Assembly (NCBI GenBank): GCA_043228905.1
Contig: JBHGNT010000001.1
Location: 35,340,001 to 35,404,000 of the forward strand
Reading direction: 5' to 3'
Source: Azolla caroliniana
Lineage: Eukaryota; Plantae; Polypodiophyta
DNA length: 64,000 nucleotides
Part shown: positions 1 through 12,618 of the stretch, one piece after another
Layout of the letters: every line of letters begins with the position of its first letter
How positions within the stretch are numbered: the first letter of the stretch is position 1
Made by a program: the position numbers and the translations under genes
The notes under the pieces: generated by a model
The model's database searches: none
Told to the model about the DNA's origin: nothing
What the model saw: only the letters and a program-made list of their open reading frames with translations

Positions 1-99
1 TTCATAAATAGTGATAGTGCAAGGGAAACCCTCTCAAGTGTTGCAAAACTAGATGACATACCTCTGTCTCCTCTTGGGACACCGTCCCCATGCAATATA

Positions 100-900
100 G
101 TTGTGAAAATTGCCAAATCAACATAGTTGTGTTGCCCCATGAAGTCCATCAAACAAGAACCCATTTCTCATGGTCCAGTTATACCACATCCCCCAATACC
201 TAAGGTAGTCAAACACAACCTTATATGATGGTGCGGCCATAGCTGTATCCGCATCAATAAAAACCCACTTAAAAGCTGACAAAATATTTCCTGTTATTGA
301 TGCCCAAATTTGTGATGTAATCACCCAAATGACTTTAGCAACGGGACATGTAATGATCTGGCATTTTCTTCAACCACCAACTATGGCACGCCAAAGAAAC
401 ACCTTTGCACAAAATGGAAGATGAGACTGCCATCCTGCATGTAAAACTTTACACCACCACTTTACATGTCGGTAATGTACCATGTAACTTTACATCTCAC
501 ATGCTCTTGGAGTGCCTTTGTTAGCCTCTGTTGTAACTCAATAAATAATACATTTCTGGATATCATGTTCAAAATCAAGCCATTGGGCAAAAAAAACCCA
601 TTCAACAAAACTGTCACCGTTGTTGGCATAGTAGCCCATGTCGGAGCCACATTACATCCAAAATTAAAGCCTATGTGGCAGTCCATCTTCATTTAGCTCA
701 GCTACTATGGAAAGCCGATCACATTCAGTGTCATTGTTGAAAGAAGCAGGCAGATACAAACAGATGGTGCACAAGAAGTTTGTGCTATGAAGGGCAAAAT
801 TCTTAACCTCGAAACAGTCAGATATTCTCAAGTACCAATTCCCAGTTAAGCCTTTCTGCCTCAAGAAAATAGTCAGCTCATTTTCAATCCCTTGCACTTG
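100..900 (-). mobile_element. Degenerate LINE retrotransposon 3' part (zf-RVT-like region)
   Basis: Broken minus-strand frames read WQSHLPFCAKVFLWRAIVGG and LRYWGMWYNWTMRNGFLFDG, resembling the C-terminus of plant L1-type ORF2; multiple stops and frameshifts. Confidence 0.6.
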
Positions 901-1375
901 AGAAAAACAATGTCATGCATCAACACGATACACCATATGTGTCAAGGGTAGACAAATCGAAATAAACGAGAGAATGGAGCAAGTTTCTGTCACATCTTGA
1001 GACACGATGAATAAATTGACCATAATGAAAGCAAAAAGTCTAAACAGACATACTTCACAAAAGGATTTAGTGGGAAACTGTAGGTAAGAAGCTGTAGGAG
1101 GGAAACATGTAGAAGCAGCAAAGCAAACAGGAAGAGACACAAAATAAGAAAGATGCAAGTAGCAAAATTGAAACAAAATCTAGTTTCTTTTTTCTGCCCA
1201 GAATATGCATAGGCTAGCCTTTCAAGCATTACATATTTCACTGGTTATGGGACACACCAGGAATCGTTTTTTGTGTCCAGACTTTATGTATAAGCTAAAA
1301 CAACATTTCAAGCATTATATATTTGACTGATTATGGGACATACTAGGAATAGAAAATACTTCATTCGAGCTGAAA

Positions 1376-1996
1376 CATGATTTAATGGCTGAACAGCTTA
1401 ATTGTTTTGGTTCAAGATCAAAAAAATTGTATATATTTCGGTTTGGCTTGGGGGTTTAAGGTTTCGGTTTGAGCTTCTATCAACTTAACAGTTTGAGGCT
1501 TAATCATCTTCAAACCGCAGCTTAAAATGCTTAACAGTTTGGGCACACGTATTTTTGAAATATTCATGGAATATATGTAACATGTAATATGTAATATGTA
1601 ATATGAAGTTTTACCTTTGAACCAATAAATCTTTAAATTTTTAGTTTTCATTTAAGTTTCAAAAAAATCAGTCCTTTCTTGAAAACTTGAGTGTACATCT
1701 GCCAATAATTCGGTTTGAGTCAAAACCGGACCATGAAAACATGGCTTAATGGCTTAATGTTTCATAGAGCTCTTGAACCCTTTGGTTTGAGGCTAAAATT
1801 TCCTCAAACGGTTTACTTTGAATGGTTTCTGTTTAAATAGTTTTGGTGTAAAGGTTTCACCATTTGGTTTAGTTCGGTTTAAGTTTTAAGATTTTTAAAT
1901 GTTTTGGTAAAACAGTTTCAGATTTAGACTCCCGAACCAAAAGCTAGAACATCCACAAATATAAAAATATGAAACTCAACCAGCTTAAAGCCATGT
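1376..1996. mobile_element. Possible MITE / non-autonomous DNA element
   Basis: Dense GGTTT/AAACC subrepeats; imperfect terminal inverted match ACATGATTTAATGGCTG ... CAGCTTAAAGCCATGT. Confidence 0.3.
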
Positions 1997-3768
1997 CCTT
2001 GTAATATACATATCCCCACTAAGATGAATAATACAGTCACAAAGGAAGGACATCTCAGCACAGGCATTTCTCACAATGAGCTTATCACTCTTGCTAGATT
2101 TACATGTTAAATATTCACTCATATTCACAAAGGATTGCTTGCATATAAAGCATCACTTTATGGACGAGTGATCCTAATATTACTTGGGAAAAAAGAACAT
2201 TTTTCGAAATTTGTTTTGCAACGAATATCTTTGTATGTAGGGTGTTTTTTAGTAGAATCTCAAATGTCCTAATGAATCTCTCACACTCAATTAATTGCAT
2301 ACAAGATTTATCCGCAATTTCTTTCAATATTTTCTATTATCAATCCTTCAACATAAGCTTTTTGTGTAGATTACTACGAATAACAGACAGCAAATTTTGC
2401 TCTTAGCTGTTGGTCAGGTGAGATGGTCAAATTTCTAGTAGCTTTTCACTTTGAGCAACCATAAACAGAAGTCTAGAACAAGCAAAAAGTGGATGTAGAA
2501 AACGGATATTAGGCTAAGTAAGAAACTCATAGAAATTCTATTCATTCTTCCAAGAGAGAGAGAGAGAGAGAGGCTAAGGAATTCCAAGAAGAAAAACAAT
2601 TCATTACTCTTACTTACCACGAGACTCTATATATCATGACAGCAGAGCAGCACTTCAGACAACCTGCAAGGCTAGCGACCGAGCGTGGTGGTGTGTGTCT
2701 GTGTGGCGAGCGAGGCCTGTGTGTATGTATGTATGTATGTATGTATGTGTATATGTGTGTTATACGCTTCTTCATTTCGTTTGGTTTCATTTTATTTAAC
2801 GTAATTTACCAAACTACCCCTCCCTCGCCTTTTGTTCTAAACTACCCCTCTCTCTCTTTCTCTCCTCTTTCCGGTTCCTCTACATAGAAAAGCAAGAATG
2901 TAAAGATGCATTGGTATCTTTTAAGAGGCCAAAACAACCTCTCGGGCTGATTTGAACGAAGAAGTAAGGAAGAAATCATATACATACATACACATTCCGA
3001 TGGCTAAATCTATGGTGATTGAATCAAGATTGGCCCTAGTGTCTGATGCTAATTCTTCAACATATCATGTTGCACCGGCACGTATATTCAATTTGCGGTT
3101 AGCATTAGTAGCAAGGAAATCCATTTATCCTAACGCTTAAAGAGTGACAAAATGATTTAGATCTGTAATGTGGAACGTTATTGTCTTCTTCTCAAATACA
3201 AGCAAAACACAATCTATTCATGAATCATTCATGTGAGTATGCATCGGTATTCTTCCCCACTGTGATGAAGACTTTTGACTCTCTAATAACAACCGACTCT
3301 TAGTTTAATTTTCTTGCGATTGCTATTAAAATAAGTTTGGATGTAGTTGAAATTCGTATATATCTTACTTTCAAGTACATGTACGAAGTAGGCAACACAA
3401 TACATGATACTTTCAAGTACTCTCAATGTTCTATATAGAATCATGGAACAATCTATCCCCATGTGCTAAATCAACCTTCTCCCATTGTATGGAACACTAA
3501 TCTATCTATCCTTCTCTACTAATGTTGTAACAAAATTTTCAAAATTTCCACCACCTGAAATCAGATTTGCATATATTGGAATCCTTTTCCTCTCTCACTC
3601 TCTAATGAAAATTATTACTCATATGTTTGGATAATTTTTTCTCTCTTTTTCTAAATTAAACTCCACTTTTATAATAGAAGCTACAAAAAGCAATAAAGGA
3701 TATATTGAAGAATGGAGAACAAATCCCCGCGTACATTTACGAATAGAAAAAATTTAACATGGAAAAAG

Positions 3769-3841
3769 TGGAGATGACGGGCATCGATCCCGTTACCTAT
3801 CGCATGCGAAGCGATCGCTCTACCATTTGAGCTACATCCCC
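3769..3841 (-). tRNA. trnA-CGC: tRNA-Ala (anticodon CGC)
   Basis: Reverse complement GGGGATGTAGCTCAAATGGTAGAGCGATCGCTTCGCATGCGATAGGTAACGGGATCGATGCCCGTCATCTCCA is a 73-nt cloverleaf with the G3:U70 Ala identity pair, upstream CAA and a downstream T-run terminator. Confidence 0.95.
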
Positions 3842-4150
3842 TCTTGCTTATGGAATGCACAACCAAATGTTTAGATTGAATCAATCCCACCAACCTTGTC
3901 ATGCGTCTACCATCTCCATCATTTCTCTAGGATTTATAATCTAACTTCGGTCCTCATGTAGATATAGCATAGATTTATTCTTGACATATCACAATTAATC
4001 TACACTTCATAATCCGAATTAATCGCTCAAGTTTGTTATAGTGTAAGTTGTTACGATTTGGCAACACAAATTTCATAGCATTGGTGTATTTGTACTTATG
4101 TTGAGTAGAACTTGTAATTTATTGTTTTCCATCTAATAACTTCATACAAC

Positions 4151-6425
4151 TTATAATTGTATATTCATAAAACAAATCTGAACTACCAAAATCAATAGCA
4201 TGAAGGTATATACTTGTCTCAAAGGAACTCCACTAGTCTCTTCAATAATAATATTGTTGTTAAAAATTTCAAAAACTTGAACATTGTCAAGAAGAGGCCC
4301 AAAATTACCAAGAGCTTGACTAATAAATGTGATATTAGTATTGGAACTCTTCGCAGTAAAATTTGTAGAACCTAATGCCACGAAAAATTAGTTTAATCAA
4401 CGTTGCACTTACAGAATAATAAGTTTTTTTAAATTCATTCATTCATACAACAAAATGAGACACTAATTCTATCGATGTGCAATGAACTTTCTATCATGAA
4501 AGTTTCCAAGAATTAAGACACTTTAGTAAGATAATTTATATGCAATTCTAAATAAAGGCATAAAGATGCTAGCAAATGAGAAACATAAAGATAGTAAGTA
4601 ATGCAAAAGATTCAGACATTCGTTAATGCTTGATCAACTTGAAAACCCATAGCTATGACTTGAATGCTAGCAAATCCCCAGGGTCCATAAAATATGATAG
4701 TTTGTTTTCAATGCATAAATATAAATGCTTTCAAATGTGAACATTAGACACATTAGCTTAGGGAAAGTATGCAAAGCTTCATCAAACAGGTAAACAGTTT
4801 GTTACCTCTTCTTGTAATGATCTCAACGTTAAAACATCAATGCTGAAATTTGAGCATTAGACCCATTCCTTGTAAACTCAAACCCCCAACCTTAAGGCTA
4901 TTAGGTAAGAAGCATATTATCAACGCACATCACATTTATATATAGATGTGGTGTTTATTGCAAAGCATACATAGCAATGCACAATGCTTTGTTTCTATCA
5001 TATTGGCGAGAGAGGTATGAGTCATGACCACTCTTTGTTTGGGGTAAAGCATAAACACGTATTTCATTGCTTACATACACACTTTCACAAAATGATTACC
5101 ATGGTTTGGCAAATGGAAATTCGAGATATTTCTTATCTATAAAGGCAATGCAATCGGCAACAAAAATATGGATGCATGGACAATGAATGTAATAAGTTTT
5201 CTCAAATATTTTGTGGGATTGTGTATGAAGCGTAGATATATGACCAGATCACTTATAAGATTAGAAGGCAGGATTTCAGAATGTGGAAGGGTGTTATTTC
5301 AAGCAAACCTGTTTGCCATGTGATATTGTAGAGGGATGTTTGAACGCGAGAGTTGGGCACGAAGACAACTTGATAGGAGAGAACCGAGCCTGTCGGTGCA
5401 TCGATGGCAGTAACAACGAAAGAGACCGGGCTAGTAGCAGCAGCATCGCGAGAGTTCGGATTGGGGGCAAAATCGAAGAGGACGTTGTAGAAGGATGTGG
5501 GTGTGGTGGGAAGAGAGGTGGTGAGTGTTCCCGGGCCCGTGTCCCCAGTGAGGTCCAAGACATTAAGGAAGCCATCTTGGGCGGCCAAATATCCGCCCTG
5601 TGTGAAACGGACACTCCCGGAGGAAAGATACCAGCGCGGGATCTGGTGGGACGGCGCGGAGATGCTGACGGCGCCCGAGAGCGTGGCGGCATCCGCTGTC
5701 AGATTGACGCGGTCGAAGCCGCCGTTCTGGGCGAGGTTGACGATGGAGATGCGGATGTCGTCGAGCAGCGGGCCGACGGGGCCGGGCGTGAGGCTCAGGA
5801 AACTGACGGAAGGCGGCGCCGTGGGGGCGGCGGCGGCGGCGCCCCACTCGGCGCTGAGGAAGGGGAGGACGTGCGTGGTCCAGTTGAGGAAGGAGGGGGT
5901 GAGGCTTGGGGAGGCGTAAACTGTGACATCCAAGGGGGACATGAGGATGTTGACCACCAGGCTCTGCGACTCCGTTGCTGCAGGGGAGGCGCCAGGGCTA
6001 GGGTTGAAGGCCACCCGGAAGCGGAGGATGTAGGAAGCATACAGCTGCAGGGGCGCTAGCAGCGGGATGCTCTGCAGGTTCCCCGGCCCGCTCCCCCGGG
6101 AGTTGAGGTGGACGCAGAAGGAGCTGGCCGGGGAGGAAGCCGCGTAGATGTCGTTGCTCGCCAGCTCCACGCCGCCGCTGGTCACCCGCCACCCCGGGAT
6201 CGCGCCCACCGCCGCCGCCGTTCCCGCCGCCACCTCCACCACACTTGACGCCGCCGGGATCGCCGCCTCTACGTCCTCGAAGTCGCCGTTGGCCACCAGA
6301 TTGACGGGGTCCCCCCTGCTGCTCGTACGGAACAGGAGGAAGATTATTATGCATGATGCTGTCGACACTCTCATTCTCATCCTCCTCCTCCTCCTCCTCC
6401 TCGCGACCGCCGCCGCCGCCGCCAT
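4151..6425 (-). CDS. DUF642-like (galactose-binding-like) secreted cell-wall protein, 2 exons (~6425-5309, 4371-4151), possibly GPI-anchored
   Basis: Signal-like N-terminus, then two repeats starting NLVANGDFE / NLAQNGGFD, with IPGWRV / IPRWYL and GPLLDDI / GPLLDNV motifs; phase-compatible GT-AG intron (G|GT); hydrophobic C-terminal tail. Confidence 0.8.
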
Positions 6426-7202
6426 TTTTGCCCTCGCCACCCCGCCATAACTACCTGTCAAATGGGGACGCAGAGATCTCCGCTTCTTTTAATTTTTAAT
6501 TTACAGACGCAACACACACACACAAGTTTGTGAATAAGAAAGTAAGTTACTTCCCGTGTTTACTACATATTTACTAGGAAGGCTGGCCCATTCTATTTTT
6601 ACACCCGTGTGTGTGAACGAACACCTAGATCTAGCAATGATTAGTGGGTTTCACGTTTTTTGTATCCACCGTGGGGGTGGCGCGCTTTTTCGCTTCGAGA
6701 TGGTGAATGGTCGGCTGGCCAACGTGAATGGTTAAAGGCATGGTTCACAATCAAAGGGGCTCCATAATTGGTTACACGAAACAAAGATATCTACATGTAG
6801 GTTCTTTGGTGAATTAAGTAAGGGTAATGAAGATCTTATGTAAAACAAAGTGGTGTTATGATATGTTTGGACTTACATTTATTTTTCTAGATAACTAGTG
6901 AGACATGTAAAGTTTAAACAATAATTGTAAATTTGTATGTATATATATATAGCCATACAACAACATTCGTTTGAAAGGTTAGAGATCCCTAACAAAAAAA
7001 TAAGCTAGCAACTAAGTTTTTGAAGATTGTTTTGTGGGTTTAGGGAAACATCGAAAGGTTTGTTGTACATAATGAAGAAGTGAGAGAAAGATATTTTAGT
7101 GACTCTTTAGAGAAAACATATGAGGAAGTGTGAGTATTTTTGTTTCCTTAAACACTCCTAATCAGCGTTAAATTATTTAACGATTATTTTAACTTACCAA
7201 TA

Positions 7203-7275
7203 GGGGATGTAGCTCAAATGGTAGAGCGATCGCTTTGCATGCGATAGGTAGCGGGATCGATGCCCGTCATCTCCA
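7203..7275 (+). tRNA. trnA-UGC: tRNA-Ala (anticodon TGC)
   Basis: GGGGATGTAGCTCAAATGGTAGAGCGATCGCTTTGCATGCGATAGGTAGCGGGATCGATGCCCGTCATCTCCA; cloverleaf, G3:U70, upstream CAA, downstream TTTT. Confidence 0.95.
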
Positions 7276-8400
7276 CTTTTGATTTTGACTTTACAGTAGT
7301 CTTTCGATTTAATAACGACTTACCGTTTTTGTTTCTTAGGAAAGTTTTTCTTCATTGTATTCTTGTTTATGTTTCAACTTTTAATATCTCATATGTGTAT
7401 GTTGTTAACTCATTCTAAACGACAACTCTTAACAAGGATCAAGATTCAAGAGTTAACAAAAATAAACAAGTCTTAGTGGGGCCAATTTAGTGGGCATACT
7501 AGTTAAGAAAAGGGGGCAATTCATATGCGACTTGATCATGCTTCTTTGAGTTACACAATGTCTTTGCCTACCATACATAATTGAGAAAGATTCCCTATAT
7601 GTTTATGCAAAAAGATTATGTTTATCACACAAACACATCCACCTTGGAGTGTGACTTAACAAGACTTTACTTGAGAAGCATCTACACTTAATGGCATTTT
7701 ATCACTTTTAACCTCCCTTTGATTTCTTCCTATTCACAAAGATATACACAAAGTTTGTACAAATCATTTATAATTTGTCTCAAATAATTAATTTAATTTT
7801 TTACATAAATAGACTACTATAAGACTTTTATACAATAATCACCACAAAACATGTCTTAGAACACATTTCCCATTAAGTCCAATATAGCCCTCTTTTGAAA
7901 TACATGACCACAAATTGGATATTGCCAAAATGATGCAACCTAGGAAACATTTCACATTCTATTCTAGTGCATATACTTACCCAAGGCATACATTCTCACT
8001 TTAAGAGGATCCTTGTACTCTTATTGCACATTGGTACACTCACTAAATTTCGTCTTAGCATAGTAGTGGAGATGGAATGCCTTTTCCCAATATCCATTAA
8101 GGGAACAATCTGATTACTTGGTCATGCCATATGGATTTGTTAGGCATGATGTTACTTTTCATCACGAAAGATTTAACTAATAGATTAATGCTGACATGAG
8201 CGTATCCTCATAAACGGTGAGAGGAACACAATGTATTCTTATATGCGAGAATGTATAGATCCATCTAATCCATGCATTTTCATTTCTATTTCACGAAGGG
8301 GTTTGTCATCACAACCTCAAAATGAGGGAAGGAAATTATGGCGAATAATACATTTCAAGTGGCAAATGCATCATTGATATATAGTAGCATACATGAATGC

Positions 8401-8557
8401 GTGACTCCGACAAATTAAACACTTTTCCATGCGATCATTTTCATTGATGCCTAGACATATTAAACACTCTTCTAATGAATGAGTGACTCCGACAAATTAA
8501 ACACTTTTCCATGCGACCATTTTCATTGATGCCTAGACATATTAAACACTCTTCTAA
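8401..8557. repeat. Tandem duplication, ~82-bp period x2
   Basis: gtgactccgacaaattaaacacttttccatgcga...cctagacatattaaacactcttctaa occurs at 8401 and 8483. Confidence 0.9.
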
Positions 8558-9153
8558 GCAATCACTTTCATTGATACTTACATGAGCCGTGGGACAATAT
8601 TGACTATGTAAAACAAATGCCATCATCAAGTGAGACCTTTTCAAGAGCAATAACAGACACAAATAGTATTCGTATTGGAGAAGAAAAGCAAAAGCACACA
8701 ACAGTTCTGGGCAGAAGGGGCTCAAAATGAATAAAGAAAGAAAAACACAAGAAATCCATTAAGATATTCTACTCAATAACAAATTAATTGCAGAACTCTG
8801 AGATACATGTTTAACTGTAGCAATAGTTATTAAGGTCTGAAAACAGGAACATAAGCTTCAAGAGTTTCCCAGACCCTTCCATTGATTTAACCTTTGAAAG
8901 CAAAATGAGAGGGATAACGAAGCTACTGGGTGATAAGATCTCGTTTTTAGGATGTAGGTTCCAATCACGTTTCGTAATTTGTATATATAGACATATGCAT
9001 GTAACAATATTCTTGCATCAAAACTCATTGCAATCCAACCAACCAATGTGGGTAAATAAAATCTACATCTTCATATGTGCTTCATTCGTATAATATATAG
9101 TTTGGATTAGTCTCACAAAAACAATGGTGTTTGTGCAAAAGCAAACCCCCATG

Positions 9154-9380
9154 CTTACATGATGTTGTGTATTGATTTGATAGACGGATGGATGGATGTT
9201 CCATCTTGTTTTCCTACCATACCTTACATGATGTTTTGCATTCATGGATGGATGTCCATCTTGTTTTCCTAACATACCTTACATGATGTTTTGTATGGAT
9301 GTTCCATCTTGTATTCCTTTGATAACATACATGATGATGTGTACTGATGGATGGATGATCCATCCTATTTTCCTTCCATA
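9154..9380. repeat. Degenerate minisatellite (~4 units of 50-70 bp) in the WOX 3' region
   Basis: Repeated acatgatgtt...gatggatggatgttccatcttgttttcct units. Confidence 0.8.
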
Positions 9381-9529
9381 GCTAAGAAAGCTTGTTGAAC
9401 CTTGGAAACACATTAAAAGAGGCATGTTTATTTAACCAAAGAAGAAAGGGTTGCAAAAGAACTTTATATAGATATTTGTGTGTGTGTGTGTGTGTGTGTG
9501 TGATTTTACGGTGAAAACTCAGAAAATAC

Positions 9530-11478
9530 TCACTTAATGAGTGTATAGGTTTCACCAGCATGAAGAGGGCACGTGGTGAACCCATTTTCATCAGTAGGAA
9601 CGACTTGTCTATGAGAATCCAAGAGAGCTAATCCATCACCAAAGCTTCCTCTCAGATCCAAGGTTGTGGAAGGCACTTCCCATGGCTTCCCATCTATGAA
9701 CACCACTATGCTGCTAAAGTCTCTCTCATCTACAAGATACACAAGACATCAAAATCAAGCCAAAACTTATGGATAGGGTTTAAGCGCAAAAAAGCCTAAT
9801 TTCCAACAGTCCGAAATTTTGGAGTCTTTACTTACTTCTTTGCAATAGCAAACCTTCACCATACAAAGCTGGATCATCCTTTGATTTCATGTTGGAGTCT
9901 TCGGCACCATTCTCGGCGAGCATGTGGCTACTTCCACTCACATGCGTTAAGGAGTCATTCCGGATGATGCTACTAGTTAACGAGTCATTTCGGATGATGC
10001 TACTTCCACTCACATGCGATAAGGAGTCATTCCGGATGATGCTACTAGTTAACGAGTCATTTCGGATGATACTACTACTCGTGTAGTTACTTATACTCCG
10101 TCCGAACCCATTGCCATGATCTTGGTGGAACATCATGGAATCAGATGCGGCTCGCTTATCCTTGCGAACCACATCCATCTCCTCCGGCTCAACCTCTGAT
10201 TCCCCCTCTTTGTGCTGCTGTTTCCTCTTCGCGCGGGCTTTCCGGTTCTGGAACCAGTTATAGACGTTGGATTCTGAGATGGAGCCATGCTGCCCGAGCT
10301 GTGCAGCAATGGCCTTGATCTTCTGCTTGCTTGGAGTACCATTGCTCCTCTCGAAGAGGTTCTCGAGGATCTGGAGCTGGAGCTGGCTGGGGGTCCACCG
10401 TTGCCTTCCACTCACCGTACGACCGCCTCCATTGGCCCCAGATGAATCATACGAGGTCGGCTGCTGATGGTGCCCATTCGCTACCATCATGTCTATAGTG
10501 ATTCAACATGAAACTGCCATACAGTTTAGCTTTCTTTCTAAAATTTAGCACAAACATAAAAAAACATAAGCCTGACATAATCCATTTAGCTATCCACAAA
10601 ATTCCAATGAAATCCGACTCCATGCTCAAAATAGTGCTATCTATCTAACTAACTAACTAACTTGGGAGAAATGCGTGCTGAGCCATGAGAGCTTTGTGCA
10701 TTTCGACGAGCTGGTTGCAGATGGTGGAGTAGACCGAGATCTGGCGGCGCAGAGTCTCAAGCTGCTCATCTGTCATCGCACGCCCGCATTTCAGCAGGTA
10801 ATTATTAGTCCCAATGCTAGAGTTTATCGAGGATGAAGAAGGAACAGGCTCCGCCTCACTGGGTGGTGTCACTTTCGTAGTCATTGGAGATGTGGTAATC
10901 ACTGTCATTGGAGATGTAGTAATCGCTGCACTACTATTATTATTGATATTGTTGTTGTCGTAGTGGTTGTTAGTCTTATCCTTCTTGTGATCAACACCGT
11001 GTGAGCTTGCCTTTAGTATGCGATCAGGTGAAGAAGAAGAAGGAGAAAATGAAGGTAACGCATTGGCACAAGTCGAGGTAGCAGTAGTAGCGATCCTATC
11101 TTCTTCTTTCTTGATCGCACGATGTTGATCAACAGTTATGGCATGGCTTGAGTTTCCATTGTTAGAGTTATTGCAGCAATCGGATTCTGATGCAGTAATA
11201 CACATTGAGCTAGAGCCCTGTACTGGAGGAGGATCAGCTGGAGGAGGGGGAGGGCTATTAATGATGAGTATTGGGCTGATCTCCTGTGCAATATGAAGAA
11301 TCTTCCCTTCCAGTAGTAGATTCTTCACTTCATCCTGATCTGAGGCAACAACGCCCTGTTCCTCCTCCTTCTTCTCCTCTTCCTCCTCCGTCTTCTCCAC
11401 TGCGAGGTCTGCGCCATCGATGTTCATGCGATGCTTCACACCATCATCGCCATCGCCACCGTCGAGTAGATGAGCCAT
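9530..11478 (-). CDS. WOX13: WUSCHEL-related homeobox protein, WOX13/ancient-clade type, 3 exons (11478-10662, 10492-9860, 9729-9530)
   Basis: WOX13 motif [28 protein letters not shown]; homeodomain [18 protein letters not shown]...[17 protein letters not shown]; both GT-AG introns are phase-1 compatible. Confidence 0.92.
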
Positions 11479-11634
11479 GCTTGAATGAGGTATTCCCTTC
11501 TGACGATAAGTAAATGGGGTTTCCAGCAGCAGGAAGAGGGAGAGAAGAGTTTTTGTAGCAGCAGAGGATGAGAAATGGAGGGAATGCGCGTGTGTTTTCG
11601 GAATAGAAAGTGAGTGCTAGGCGCAGATGGAGGC

Positions 11635-11675
<41 letters not shown>

Positions 11676-12558
11676 CTCTTTCTCTCTCTCTATTTCTTCT
11701 CATGAAAACACGTGTGTGTATTTCTGTAATTGTAGATAAAATATGTAGATAGATACAAGAAAGATTGTATGTATGTATGTATGTAGATATGACATATGTA
11801 TGTATGTATGTATGTATAATGTATGCATAGGTGGGGTTTGGCTCAAGGCCCTTCCTTTGGTACACAAGGCCCTTCCTTTGGCCCAAATAGGCACGCACGC
11901 ACGCCCTTCGGGATGGGGGCTTTCTTGGTATCTATCTATCTATCGTATATACATACTACGCATACACATAGCACCTCCATTGTACTGTAACAAATATGTG
12001 TCGTAGTAGGCGATATGGCACAAATGCATCCCGATTGTATAACACAAATTCATCACGATGGTATAACATGAATGCATAATAAGGATTCTTCCCTCCTCCA
12101 TCCCTTTCGTCGTCTCCTGTTTATAACAATGTGTTGGGGAGGGTTCTTTAGTCTTCTACTACATCCCCCACCCAAAGGCCAAACGTCGTCTCACAAGTTA
12201 ACAATCTATTTCTACATTGCTTCTACTCGTTGGTAGGAACCATCATTTCATGATCGGAATATGGTGTTATGACATGCATCACCAACATTGGGACGCTTTT
12301 TTATTTGTCCCGACTCCTTACAACCGATCTTCGTATTATTGTCTCAATGTTGATGATGTATGTTGTCATACCAGTGTGGTTTTAGAAAAATCCATGTGCT
12401 TGGTTGGATTGTTGTCCTTCGATGTCCTTTATGCCCACACATACGTCCTCCAAAATGAGCATGTACATCCTCTTTGAGTTGAGTGCTTCCACACAATTAA
12501 TTCTACCATTACGATACCTCTGATAGTGTTCAACCTTTTTTATTAAGGAGGCCCGACA

Positions 12559-12618
12559 TATGTTGAGACTATGTCATTAACTAAGCACGTGCTTAGTTAA
12601 TGACATAGTCTCAACATA
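12559..12618. repeat. Perfect 60-bp palindrome without spacer, centred on CACGTG
   Basis: tatgttgagactatgtcattaactaagcac|gtgcttagttaatgacatagtctcaacata. Confidence 0.97.

Noticed and set aside
5283-6450. Several long overlapping ORFs on the opposite strand or in other frames of DUF642 exon 1
   Set aside because: Expected shadow ORFs of very GC-rich coding DNA; no recognisable domains.
9154-9380. Regularly spaced repeats as a possible CRISPR-like array
   Set aside because: Units are degenerate with no unique spacers, and the context is eukaryotic; it is a minisatellite.
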